A stretch of 64,000 bases of DNA from Octopus vulgaris. Lineage: Eukaryota. The notes under the pieces are model-generated. The model was not told the origin of the DNA. It was given only the letters and a program-made list of their open reading frames with translations, and made no database searches. Every line of letters starts with the position of its first letter. Position 1 is the stretch's first letter. Made by a program: the position numbers and the translations under genes. The stretch covers positions 20,150,001 through 20,214,000 of the forward strand of contig OX597839.1 of assembly GCA_951406725.2 (NCBI GenBank). The letters are read 5' to 3'. Shown here piece after piece: positions 43,061-55,277 of the stretch.

Positions 43061-46000
43061 CTAGCAGCATAGCCCGGCGTTGCCCGGGTATGTAAGAGCC
43101 CCTAGTAGGCAACGACTAATCCCAATGTAGTCCTTTCCCTCCAGGGAACGAAGGTGCATGTGGACGTTGCAATGTCTTGTCTTCACTGGAATACTTCTGT
43201 ATATACGATGTTCCTAGCTGTCCGTTTGGGCGAAAACATGAAAACATCATTGCGCCTCCCAACGCGTGAACAGCCCACGTAGAGTTGACCGTGGGCGAAG
43301 CACTGTTCGCCCAAATGTAACCCAGCGACTTGTAGCATTTGGCCTTGGGATTTATTGATGGACATTGCGAAGCAGAGTTTAACAGGAAACTGAGAACGCC
43401 TGAAGTGGATTGGTAGGTCAGCGCCCGACGGTTGAAGGTGCATCCGTGGAATGAAGACGTCCTCTCCCTTCCCACAACCGGTAAGTATTGTGGCCGTTAT
43501 TAAATGTGGTGCCAAATGTTTCACAACCAAACGTGTGCCGTTGCACTGTTTAGGTGGAACCAAATTCCTGATGAGCATAATGGGCGCACCGACTTTTAAC
43601 TTCAGGATGTGTGGTGGCAGGCCTGGCGGTTCAAGTGAATTCAGGAATTCAACAGGATAATCGGCAAGCTGGGCGGGGTCTGCTGTCCTATCTATAGATT
43701 TGTAGATGTGGACATCACCAGGAATAGCTTCAAGTAGCTGGATATTGATGGAGTTGACGGTTGTATTTTTGGGTGCGAGAATAGCTCTGCCTGCCAGCCA
43801 TTTTAGGTCGCGTAAATTGTTTTGTAGGTCGTGGAAGACAGCGTCCCGGAGGCTAGCAGGGGTGTCGACAATGGTGCAAAGTGAGTCCAATTGAACGTAG
43901 CCATCCGCATCAGACAGCATCCTATTTTCACCGAGCGATAAGAGGTCCCTGGAGAATGCAGCAGATCCGCTGTCACCAATTAACTGCGCGCGCATGTTAG
44001 TTTGGAGGTGCAAGGGCCGCACATGTGCCCAAAGAGCTGACGACTTAAGGCACGCGCGCACGGCATCGGCACGGGTTCCTTTTGGAATAACAGGTAGAGT
44101 CTGCCTGAAGTCTCCTGAAAGAAGTAAAGTTAATCCTCCCATGGGGGCCGTAGAGTCTCTGATGTCTTGCAGGGACCTGTCCAGTGCCTCAAGGGCGCCT
44201 TTGTGTGCCATAGTGCACTCGTCCCATACGATGAGTTTGCATCTGCGCAGAATGTCGGCCTGTTCTGAGTTCTTGGCGATGTTGCAGATAGGTGACTCGG
44301 ACTTTGCCAGATCGAGCGGGAGTCTAAAGGCAGAGTGGGCGGTTCTGCCACCCGGAAGCAATGTGGCCGCGATACCAGAGGAAGCTACAGCCAGGGCAAT
44401 GTCCGTGTTGCGTCTGACCTCTGCCAGAATTAGTTTAGTGACGAAGGTTTTGCCAGTGCCGCCGGGTGCATCAAGGAAGAAAATCCCCCCACGTTGCTGT
44501 CTGACAGAGTCTACGATGGTGTTGTAGGCTATGCGCTGGTCTGGAAGCAGCCGTGGTTCATTATCTTGGACGTACTGGTGCAGTTCCTCAATGCAGTAGG
44601 AAGTTTCGCGTAACAATTCAGCAGACATAACATTGGCGTGTTCACGTGTGGGTGGTGGAAGGCCGTACTCTGTTAAAGCAGACCCACCCATATCGATGAC
44701 AGCGTCTTCGAGTTGAATGAGCGCAAAATTGTAAATGAAGTTGGTGAACGTGATCTCGGCGGAAGGGCAGTGTTGCTGAGCCGTACGTAAGAAGTCGTGC
44801 GACATGTCATCCCTGTATTTCATCCAGAGACTTAGTGGATCACTAAGCTGACATTTTTGAAGAAGGATTGCGAAAAGATGTCGTAGGGCCGAATGCGTTT
44901 GCAGTAAAGCACCCTCTGCCATCGTGGCGTCCCACTGGGAGTCATCCTCTAGAAGGCCAAGTCTCATACATGCTTCCCTGAAGGTGTCTCACAGAACCCC
45001 ATTGACGGTACGTATATTGGCGAAACCTGTTGGACCAGTGACCTCATGTAGAAGGAGACGGAGGTAGAAGCATTCTTGCTTGTTTGGCGGGATGTTGTAA
45101 ACTCGACCCAGGCAGGAGTCAAACTTGACGCCTGGGAAGCTTTCGACGTTTTTGCCGGATTTCCGTCGAACCCAGGTGTTTTTAGACCACACGAAGTACG
45201 ATGGGACCTGTGGGTACAAAAGCGTTCGAGCGAAGTTATCACGTTGGCATAATTTGAAGAAACCAGTCAACGTTGTGTCTTTAGGGCTGGTGGCTATCTG
45301 CACAGCACTTTGCTCTGTGAAGTAAATCCGCTGTCCATTTTCCAAGTGTACAGCAAGCTGCACCACAGCCGGGTGTCTCTGATGGAGCGGGAAGCCGTAA
45401 ATGCGCCAAAACGCTTCGTTGCTGCTGAGGTACCGGCCAGCCAAGTAGTTGGACACTTCGTCGCGACTGGTGGTCCTCTGGATGCTGAACATGGCAGCAT
45501 CGCTGCCTTTGTTGATATATTTGCAGACATATTGTATTGACCTGATGGAGCTGCAGAACTCAACGTTGACGTGGGCTTTGAATATCTTCGACAGGAGAGG
45601 ACAGTAGAGGACAATGTAGCTGTTGTCCACTTGATGTCGCCCAACCGTAATCGTGCGGCCTCCATTGGCTGGACTCCTTCGTTTGTACAGCGGATACCCA
45701 TCGCCGCCTGTTTGAGTCTCCAAAGTGAACCGTTTAGGGAATCCCTTTGAGCAGGCTAATCCGTTTTTGTAGCATGGTGTGTTGGCGTAATTTGGTCCAC
45801 AGGGCCCGTGTACCATGGTAGTGCGGACAATTTCGTAGAGTCCGGGGTCCTCATCGGGGTCAGGAATCTCGGTGGAAATGAATTTGTCAATGTCATTAGT
45901 CTCGATTTTATGAGTGAGCCAAATTAAGATGTGAGCATGTGGCAAGCCCCTCTTTTGCCACTCGACCGAAAACATGTGGCACCTGACATGCCCTAAAATC

Positions 46001-49000
46001 TGACCCTTAACTATCAAATCCTTCATTTTGCCCAAATTCAGACGGAAAACCCTAGCAACGATGTCGTGTCGATGGGTGTGAGATTGACCCGGGAGGAGTT
46101 CGCGAGTGATTTCGTCGCAGCTGGGATTGCACGTGTAGGTGATAAAGAGGTCCGGCCGGCCGTAAATGCGCACGTAGGTCAAGGCGTCTTGGGTCCTTTC
46201 ACGCATATATCGCGGTCCTCCCGTGAAGGTGGAGGGTAGAATGCATGGCTTGCCGATGTTGCGAGGGTCATTTTCTTGTTGCAAACCGTCACGGAGATGA
46301 ATGTAGGAGTCGGAGCGAAGTTTGGTCTGATTAAGTTTAATGTATAGCAGCCTTTCCGATTCCATTTTTGCGGCCATGTCGACGGCGAACTGGTTGAATA
46401 GCTGACGACAACGGGGTAATAAGTTGAACTCACCCTCCCTGACCATGAACCGGTATGAGTAGAACGCCCTGCAGGAAACCGTCTTTGATGCCGCAGTAGT
46501 TTGATTGGAGGGCTGCCGTAAAGGAATTCCGAAATGGTAGCCGTCTTCCCCATAAGGGAAAAGCAATGGATACTGAAGCGCGTCATAATATCTGTGAGTC
46601 TCGCTGATCCTGTGTAGGTTGTTACCACGGGAGGAGATGATTATGTCACGGCAGTTGTGTTGCTCTCCGTGTATGACTGCGGCAATTTCGTTGCACGCAG
46701 GTGCGTTGAAACGGCGTTCGTGCTCCCCGTGGGGTCGTTTATCAGCATCAATGACAACGGTGAAGTTTGGAGATGGAGCACTGTCCAAGGCATATCTGAA
46801 GCTGCAGACATAGCTGTTGATATCATGAAGCATGGTTTGGAGATGGAGAAGAATGTCTTTGCGGGGAACATAGCTTGTACCCGGTATTATTCCAAGGCGT
46901 GCATCAACCTGGTGGTTGTAGTCGGCAATGAAGTATATTTGGAGGAAAGAAGACTGCTGAATCTCGTCTGGCAGAAGTGACCCAATAAGATGGTAGACCT
47001 GTCCCTGCACTTTGAAAGTAGGCATCCAGCCTTCTCTGGGAGGAATTTTGGCCCCGAAAGAGGTCATTTGGAATGAGCAGTTGTACTTTCGAATTATTTC
47101 AAGGAATTGTGACGAATCGGGGGTTAAACCCGCCGCGAGATCCTTCAGTGGTTGAGGTGGTTCCCGTAGGGGTGGCAGGTCCACTTTGCCACCAGAGCAG
47201 CACAAACCAGGTGGCTCTCCGGGCCATTTCTTGGCTTTGCAAAACTGGCATACAATTGTCATTGACCCTATCTTGATGTCGTCACGCAAGGAGAAGTTAA
47301 TTGTGGCGTCGTAGTTGAATGCTAGTGACAACCAGAAAGCGGGGGCAGGGGTACGTACACCACGAATGATATCCCGACGTTTGTTGATACTCTCAAGTCG
47401 AGTGCACCGTGCCTCAGCAGATTCAGATGCACGTGCGACAGCGGCAGCAGTGGCATCCCTTGAAAGCCTTTCAGCTCTCACCTCAGCACCCTCTGAAGCC
47501 CTAGCAGAAGCAGTGTTAATGGCATGTCTGGATGTCCGAATAGTCCGTTGGTGTGGAGTTTCGGCAGATCGAGCCCTGGCTGTGTTTGCGGCGTTAGCAG
47601 CTTGGCGAGCTCTCCTCTGTTGAGGTGTTTCGGCAGCTTTGGCCATGGCATTGTTTGCGGCGTCAGCATCTTGGCGAGTTCTCTTCTGCTGTGAGGTTTC
47701 GACAGATCGTGTCCTGGCGGTGCTAGTGGCGTTAGCCACATTCCGAATGGCCCTTTGTTCGGGGTTCTCGCGAGCTCTGCGGATGGAAGCACAGTAAGAA
47801 GCCCGCATATTTTGGCTGGACTGTTGCTCTTTCGTCAACCTCGAGCGGAGGGAAGATCTGTACGCTGCGACCCTTGCAAGTCGGGTAGAACGGTCGCTAA
47901 TAGTTTCAGATGCCTGAGCAGCGGCATAACGGGAAGCTGTTTGCGAGAGGCGCAAGGCGGTTTCCTCGTGGGTCTCGCGTGCCCTTCTAGCTCTAGCAGC
48001 CGATGCCTTGGCCGTCCGAGGGCTGAGGAGGGTCCTTCTCTTCTTGGGTGGCATTTTGGTGGATAGCAATGTGTTTGGCAAAGGTGTAATAAAAAGGAAC
48101 ACGTGGGGTAAATATTTTGGTGGATAGCAATGTGTTTGGTAAAGGTGTAATAAAAAGGAACACGTGGGGTAAGTATCCGAAAATGTATAAAAATGTACAA
48201 AAATGGCCAAAAAGCTGGCAGCAATGTGAGTGACAACAACGAAAAAGTCAAAAGTGATCAAACTGAACAAACGAAAGGAAAAGTTTTTTGATGCACACGA
48301 CAAAAGTGGTTTATAATAAACCAAGAGTTTGCAAGTAGCGTCCAAGGACCGTTAGGGTACGTAAAAAATTGAAGGTAAAACGTTTGGGGTGGTAGTTATA
48401 AAGAAAGTTTAAACAAAAAAAGTATTCGAATAACTTGCGGCTGCAGCAGCTATTAGCAGAAGTGGCGGTGTTGGGGGTAAAGTCTCGAACGTAATTTCTT
48501 CCTGGTAGGAATTGGTTGGATCGAATTATCGATAGCTAAAAAGGTCAAGTTGCGTCCCCTAGACAGTCTGGTTTGTGTTTAATACACAAATTTGTTTGCT
48601 ATGTGTGCCACATATGATTAAATTAACCGATTTTTTCCAATAATGTATCCTATTGGAATAAAAAGGGCTATATAGCTCCTTGGAGCAGACATGATGCTCG
48701 TTGTGAAAAAAAAAAAGATTCCTGCCAATTTGTGAAAGATATTGTCGAAAATATGTCATGTTGAATTTGAACGCGATTTCCCAAAATGGCATGATTTTAT
48801 CGATTGTTTCTGATGGTAAGGTATTGCATGGAAAACTAACGTCAGAATTGAGTTTCTTAGGGTAACATTAAGCTTCACCATGAGTTTGGTGAAAATCGAT
48901 TGCAAGTTGTGAAAACTACCATAGATAATGCGTTGCATAAAAAAAGCTTAGATTCTCGAGTTGCGTCCCCTAGACAGTCTGTGGTTCATGTTTATGATTG

Positions 49001-49205
49001 TCGACCCCATGTCGAATTTATCAATTTTTTCAGAACTGGGGGAACTTTTCAAAATTTTCGCTGCGTTAGTTTTGAATTATGACATTGGGCTATGTGTGTG
49101 TCAAGTTTCATCAGAATCGGTTGAAAGCCGTGGTCAGGGTGAGGGTACGAGAAAACAGACACACAGAAGCACGCACAGACAAACTGCCGTTTATATATAT
49201 AGAGA
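43061..49205 (-). mobile_element. Full-length autonomous-type Helitron (rolling-circle transposon), 6,145 bp
   Basis: On the minus strand it starts TCTCTATATATATAAACGG (49205) and ends with the hairpin CCCGG-GCAACG-CCGGG followed by CTAG (43064-43061). It sits between A and T with no TSD and encloses a RepHel ORF. Confidence 0.95.
43183..48054 (-). pseudogene. Helitron RepHel transposase (HUH Rep + PIF1-family helicase), ~1,623 codons with one in-frame TGA at 44989-44991
   Basis: ORFs 44989..48345 and 43183..44967 are in the same frame (NGVL*DTFREACMRLGLLEDD). The likely start is MPPKKRR at 48054. Motifs: Zn finger CQFC..CC; Rep PDLFITYTCNP, VEWQKRGLPHAHILIW, YVCKYINKG; helicase DAPGGTGKT, IVWDE, SGDFRQTLPV, FAMSINKSQGQ, HGQLYVGCSRV. 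Confidence 0.95.
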
Positions 49206-49209
49206 TATT

Positions 49210-49435
49210 AGGCGGCGAGCTGACAGAAACGTTAGCACGCCGGGTACCTGCGTAGCCGTATTTCGTCTGTCGTTACGTTCTGAGTTCAAATTCCGCCGAG
49301 GTCGACTTTGCCTTTCATCCTTTCGGGGTCGATAAATTAAGTACCAGTTACGCACTGGGGTCGATATAATCGACTTAATCCCTTTGTCTGTCCTTGTTTG
49401 TCCCCTCTATGTTTAGCCCCTTGTGGGTAGTAAAG

Positions 49436-49440
<5 letters not shown>
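49210..49440 (+). mobile_element. tRNA-derived SINE family B, full length
   Basis: Head GGCGGCGAGCTG.CAGAAACGTTAG, B box GAGTTCAAATTCC, core GCCTTTCATCCTTTCGGGGTCGATAAA, tail TTGTCCCCTCT.TGTTTAGCCCCTTGTGGGTAGTAAAGAAATA into (TA)n. Confidence 0.9.
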
Positions 49441-49497
<57 letters not shown>

Positions 49498-49510
49498 GTA
49501 TGTATCTATG

Positions 49511-49666
49511 TATACGACTGGCTTTTTTTCAGTTCCCGTCTACCAAATCGACTCACAAGGATTTGGTCGGGCCGAAGCGATAGTAGAAAACACTTGCCTA
49601 AGGTGCAACGCAGAGGGACTGAACCCTGAACCATGTGCTCGAGAAGCAAGCTTCTTACCGCACAGC
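49511..49666 (-). mobile_element. 5' half of a diverged SINE A
   Basis: TATACGAC...GTCTACCAAAT...CTTACCGCACAGC: head and proximal body only. Confidence 0.8.
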
Positions 49667-49687
49667 AACAATCGAAACACCTTAAGA

Positions 49688-49832
49688 TTTTTCCCGCTTT
49701 TTCAAAGGCTGTCATTACTTTTGAGACTGTAATGCTTGATACAGCAAACATTTCAGTTGTTTTCGTTACGCTAGCGCCTGCCATACGAACACCAAGAATC
49801 TGACCCCTTTGAAAGTCCGATAGATCTGTCAT
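49688..49832 (-). mobile_element. Tc1-like transposase N-terminal HTH fragment
   Basis: MTDLSDFQRGQILGVRMAGASVTKTTEMFAVSSITVSKVMTAFEKAGK is a typical Tc1 paired-like N-terminus. Confidence 0.75.
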
Positions 49833-50053
49833 TTTAATGAATTTTGGATGGGTATATGCATATATGTAATATTCCAAACAAGAAAACACGAAAAAAAACA
49901 CAGCAACGCGAGGACGTGGAACAAATAAAGTATTATTTGGACGCTCAGGAAAGAAGGGAAGAAGGAGGGTTTAATGTTTTGAGCGGAGCTCTTCGTCGGA
50001 AACAAAGGAGAAGGAAAGATCCCGAGAAGGGAAGACAGAGGGAAAAAAATAAT

Positions 50054-50136
<83 letters not shown>

Positions 50137-50232
50137 CAGATGAATATGGTACTTAAGTTGAGACACTAGAATGTTGTACGGTATTATCCATACAATTTCA
50201 AAATAAAGTAATTAAAATCAAAATAAGCAACG

Positions 50233-50413
50233 AGGATATCCAGAGATAATGCAGTACGATCGTTTCATGCAACTCCATTTAATTGAACAATGCAATCATT
50301 GCAATTATCTATCAGCTCAGTACCATTTCGCTTTTAAATTGATGTATTGATTGCATTGTTCAATTGAATGGAGTTGCATGAAACGATCGTACTGCATTAC
50401 CTCTGGATATCCT
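50233..50413. repeat. 66-bp inverted repeat with 49-bp spacer
   Basis: 50233-50298 vs 50348-50413, 2 mismatches. Confidence 0.92.
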
Positions 50414-50561
50414 ACGTTTATATAATCATTTTGCAAGATTCTTGATGTGAATTCGTGTGTTGAAACAGATAATGTTGTATTTGGGCATGGTCATATTGCC
50501 AGTTACCAGTGTGTTTTTATTGGCTAGACTGGCAACATGACTATCCCCAAATACAGCATGT

Positions 50562-50618
<57 letters not shown>

Positions 50619-50675
50619 TGTATTTAACGAAAAACCCATTCTTGTCGCTCTCCTACACTTTCTCTCTTGCTAGCC

Positions 50676-50715
<40 letters not shown>

Positions 50716-51633
50716 AATTTTAATTATCTGTTATTCTCAGGTGATGAGCTGACTTGCAGAATCGTTAAGCAGGCCGGACGAAAGGCTTAACGGAATTTCG
50801 TCCGGATTTACAGTCTGAATTCAAATTCCACCAAGGCTGAATTTGCCTTTCATCTTTTCGTCGTCGATAAAACAAGTACCAGTTTTGCAATGGGGTAGTT
50901 GTAACTTCCCCTCTCCCTTCAAAATCTGAGGCTCTCTACCTGACGTACAAAGAATAATCTATCACTTTATTACCATTTCGCTTTTCCTCTTTCTCTCACT
51001 CTCTCTATCTCTATCTATCTATGTTTGTCTCCCCTTCTCTTTGTCCAGATGTTTCCCTTTCTCTCTATGTCCTTCCAATACCATTTCTTTCACACTGTAT
51101 CTTTTCTTCTATCTCGTTCCATTTACACATGTCGCTTACACCCACCTACCAACACTTCTTTTCTTACTCCTTTCACTTCCCATTTTTCGTCTTTTTCTGC
51201 CTCCCCCTCATACCTTTCCTCCCACAATGCCTTCACTCCAACACCCATTTCTTCCCTTTCTTTTCGACCGACTTCCCTCGCTGACATCATCTCCTCCCGG
51301 TCTGTGTCCGCTGATTGTCCAGCAGTCGCGTACATCTGACCTTCGACCACACAGACACAATCACACAAGCACACGCAAAAACCAGACGTACGGATGCGTA
51401 CATTTACCTGACAGTAACAGACAGTTGGTGACATGGTATGATGCATGCGTGGCAACTTTTGTTGCAGGCAGTCCCCGCCGATACATGCTGCATTATGGCT
51501 GCACACTTACAGAAGTTGAAAATATGGATCATGTTGGCTAATAGATGTTATTTGTTACTCTGACATACGATCTCTCTCTCCACCTCTTTCTCTCTCTCTC
51601 TCTCTCCACCTCTTTCTCTCTCTCTCTCTCCAC

Positions 51634-51679
<46 letters not shown>

Positions 51680-51748
51680 CTCTCTTTCACTGGCTCAAAG
51701 TTTTTCCATATATACATACCATACATTCATATTCATATGTATATATGC

Positions 51749-51817
<69 letters not shown>

Positions 51818-51959
51818 CATATATACATATATGTATGTATGTATATATGTATGTATATATATCTATTCACAAACACAATGGCACATATGCATATATATAT
51901 TCGCAACTGTATATATAAAACTCAAGCTTATTTATATCATATGCATATATACACATATA

Positions 51960-52008
<49 letters not shown>

Positions 52009-52031
52009 GTATACGCACATACATATTGTAC

Positions 52032-52083
<52 letters not shown>

Positions 52084-52227
52084 ATATGTGCACACACATA
52101 CAGATACACACAGTCATATTTATATATGTACATACTATATATATATACACACATATATATGACATGTATATATATTCATAAATATATAAATAAATATCTA
52201 TGTATATACTGTATATTATATATATGC

Positions 52228-52262
<35 letters not shown>

Positions 52263-52482
52263 TATATAAGCATATGCATAATATATATATATATATATAT
52301 ACACATTTACACAGAGAATCATACACAGATGCACCATCAGAGATGTATGAAGGAGACGGGTACACAAAAGGATAGGTAGTGAGATCAATTTATACACATG
52401 CAAATAAATTATACACATGTATATAGAATATATATATATATGTATTTATAGACCCATACACACAAACGTACATTTGCATGTT

Positions 52483-52528
<46 letters not shown>

Positions 52529-52794
52529 CAGAGAGAGAGAGAGAAAGAGAGAAGACGGACAGACAGAGACAGAGATGTGGTGTACATATACGTGTATGTC
52601 TGTGTTCGTTCATGTATGTGTATGTGTGTAAGAATGTACTTTCGTTATCGTGTATATATACACAAACGTACACACACTCACAACCCGCCCCTACATGTAC
52701 ATATACATACACACATATTCAGATACATACATATATATAAATATATATAGATGCATATATTAATATATATACATATATACATATCCATATATGC

Positions 52795-52827
<33 letters not shown>

Positions 52828-52831
52828 TATT

Positions 52832-52863
<32 letters not shown>

Positions 52864-52957
52864 CATACATATATATTCACACACATAGATATATTTATAA
52901 ATATATATAGACATATATATATTTATAAATATATATGTATGTGTATATATATATATG

Positions 52958-53009
<52 letters not shown>

Positions 53010-53867
53010 GTAAGCTGGCCTATAAAGAATTCTCCCACACCTTGCAGCAATCGCAGACAAGCTTCACCGTTCCGATTCCTCCTGCCAAATGACTCATCAA
53101 TATTTCTGAGATGAAAGATTGTGACTAGAATAATATCATGGTAAATGGGTGGGTAAGGTGGTGGTGGTAGTGATTGTGGTGGTGATGGTGAAGGTGGTGG
53201 TGGTGGTGGTGGTGGTGGTGGTGATATTGGTGGCGGAATTATTCGTTATGGTTGTGGAAGTGGTAGCAGTAGTGTACGATGATGGTGGTGAAGTGGTGGT
53301 TCTGGAGGTGGTGATGTTGGTGGTTGTTGTGGTGGTAGTGCTCGTAGTGGTGGCGGTGGTTGCGATTGTGATTTTGTTGGTTGTGGTGATGATAGTGATG
53401 TTGATAATGGTGGTGGTGGTGGTGGTGGTAATTGTGGTCGGGGTTGTAGTCATGGTGAGGGTCTTGATAGTGGTGGTGGTAGTGGTGGTGGTGGTGGTGG
53501 TAGTAATAGTAGTAGTAGTAGCGACGGTGAATTACTGTAGGTGATATGTTGTTGTGGTGGTGGTGGTGGTGATGGTGGTGGTTGTGGTGTTTGTGGTTGT
53601 TGTTGTGGTAGTAGTGGTTGTGGTGGTGGTGGTGGTGGTTGTAGTTGTGGTGGTGGTAGTTGGTGATAGAGGCGGCTTGCGGTGATTGTTACGGCGGTGG
53701 TATTTGTAGGAGTGATAGATAGTTTGGGTAGCGGTGGTAATTGTGGTGATGGTAAGAGTAGCAGCGGCAGTGATGGTAGCAGCCGCAGTCGTGTCGGGAG
53801 TGACGGTGGTTGTGGAACTGGCAATGGTATAGCGGCGACGGCAGTGTTTTAATGTTTGTGATGGAGG

Positions 53868-54053
53868 CGGCGAAGGCGGCGGTGGTGGCAGCGGCGAAGG
53901 CGGTGGTGGCAGCGGCGAAGGCGGTGGTGGCAGCGGCGAAGGCGGTGGTGGCAGCGGCGAAGGCGGTGGTGGCAGCGGCGAAGGCGGTGGTGGCAGCGGC
54001 GAAGGCAGTGGTGGCAGCGGCGAAGGCGGTGGTGGCAGCGGCGAAGGCGGTGG
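53868..54053. repeat. 21-bp minisatellite (GCGGCGAAGGCGGTGGTGGCA)n, about 8-9 copies
   Basis: Direct inspection. Confidence 0.92.
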
Positions 54054-54109
54054 TGCTGGTGCTTGTGGCGGTGACGATGGCCGTCCTTGTATTTATCCTA
54101 GTGCCCGAG

Positions 54110-55277
54110 ACTATTGGAAATATGCTGTGCTGGAGAAGACCCGGCAAGCCAAATGAGACTGTAACATCGTGGCCCATGCCAGGGGTGTAACCAGCCCACT
54201 TATGCGTACCTTTCCTTCATTGGACACTAAACTCTGCTTGCGAAGACCTGTTGGGGCAACTGAAATCTAAATCAAATTCGATGACTGGCATCCGTGCTAG
54301 TGGAGCGCTAAGAGCACCATCCGAGCGTGATCGTTGCCAGAGAGGCTAACTGGCTTCGATGCCGGTGGCACGTAAAAGGCACCATTCGAGCGTGACCGTC
54401 ACCAGCGTCGCCTTACTGTCACTTTTGCCGGTGGCACGTGAAAAGACATTCGAGTGAGGTCGTTGCCAGTGCCGCTGGACCGGCTCCTATGCAGGTGGCA
54501 CGTAAAAAACATCATTCGAGCGTGACCGTCACCAGCGTCGCCTTACTGGCACTTTTGCCGGTGGCACGTGAAAAGACATTCGAGCGAGGTCGTTGCCAGT
54601 GCCGCTGGACCGGCTCCTATGCAGGTGGCACGTAAAAAACATCATTCGGGCGCGACCGTCACCAGCGTCGCCTTACTGGCACTTTTGCCGGTGGCACGTG
54701 AAAAGACATTCGAGCGAGGTCGTTGCCAGTGCCGCTGGACCGGCTCCTATGCAGGTAGCACGTAAAAAACATCATTCGAGCGTGACCGTCACCAGCGTCG
54801 CCTTACTGGCACTTTTGCCGGTGGCACGTGAAAAGACATTCGAGCGAGGTCGTTGCCAGTGCCGCTGGACCGGCTCCTATGCAGGTGGCACGTAACAAGC
54901 ACCATTCGAGCGTGACCGTCACCAGCATCGCCTTACTGTCACTTTTGCCGGTGGCACGTGAAAATACATTCGAGCGAGGTCGTTGCCAGTGCCGCTAGAC
55001 CGGCTCCTATGCAGGTGGCACGTAAAAAAACATCATTCGAGCGTGGCCATTGCCAGTATCACCTAACTGGCCCTCGTGCCGGTGCCACATAAAAGCACCC
55101 ACTACACTCTCGGAGTGGTTGGCGTTAGGAAGGGCATCCGGCTGTAGAAACTCTGCCAGATCAAGATTGGAGCCTGGTGCAGCCATCTGGTTCGCCAGCC
55201 CTCAGTCAAATCGTCCAACCCAGGCTAGTATGGAAAGCGGGCGTTAAACGATGATGATGATGTTGATGATGATGATG
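54110..55277 (+). mobile_element. RTE-like LINE 3' end with tandem-repeat 3' UTR and (GAT)n tail
   Basis: ORF end WKYAVLEKTRQAK*, then UTR, then terminal GGCGTTAGGAAGGGCATCC...CGTTAAACGATGATGATG. Homologous to 40016-40448. Confidence 0.75.
54361..55095 (+). repeat. 130-bp tandem array (dimer of ~65-bp subunits) inside the RTE 3' UTR
   Basis: CATTCGAGCGTG-type anchor recurs at 54383, 54513, 54643, 54773, 54903 and 55034. Each half carries GGTGGCACGT.AAAA..CATTCGAG. Confidence 0.95.

Noticed and set aside
43183-44967. Stand-alone host PIF1 helicase gene
   Set aside because: It is in frame with the upstream Rep domain and lies inside Helitron termini.
44989-44991. Selenocysteine codon
   Set aside because: There is only ~120 nt of 3' UTR with no recognisable SECIS, and RepHel is not a known selenoprotein.
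48055-48345. 97-aa N-terminal extension of RepHel in the ORF track
   Set aside because: It begins at a non-ATG codon and spans a 61-bp (non-triplet) duplication; MPPKKRR at 48054 is the more plausible start.
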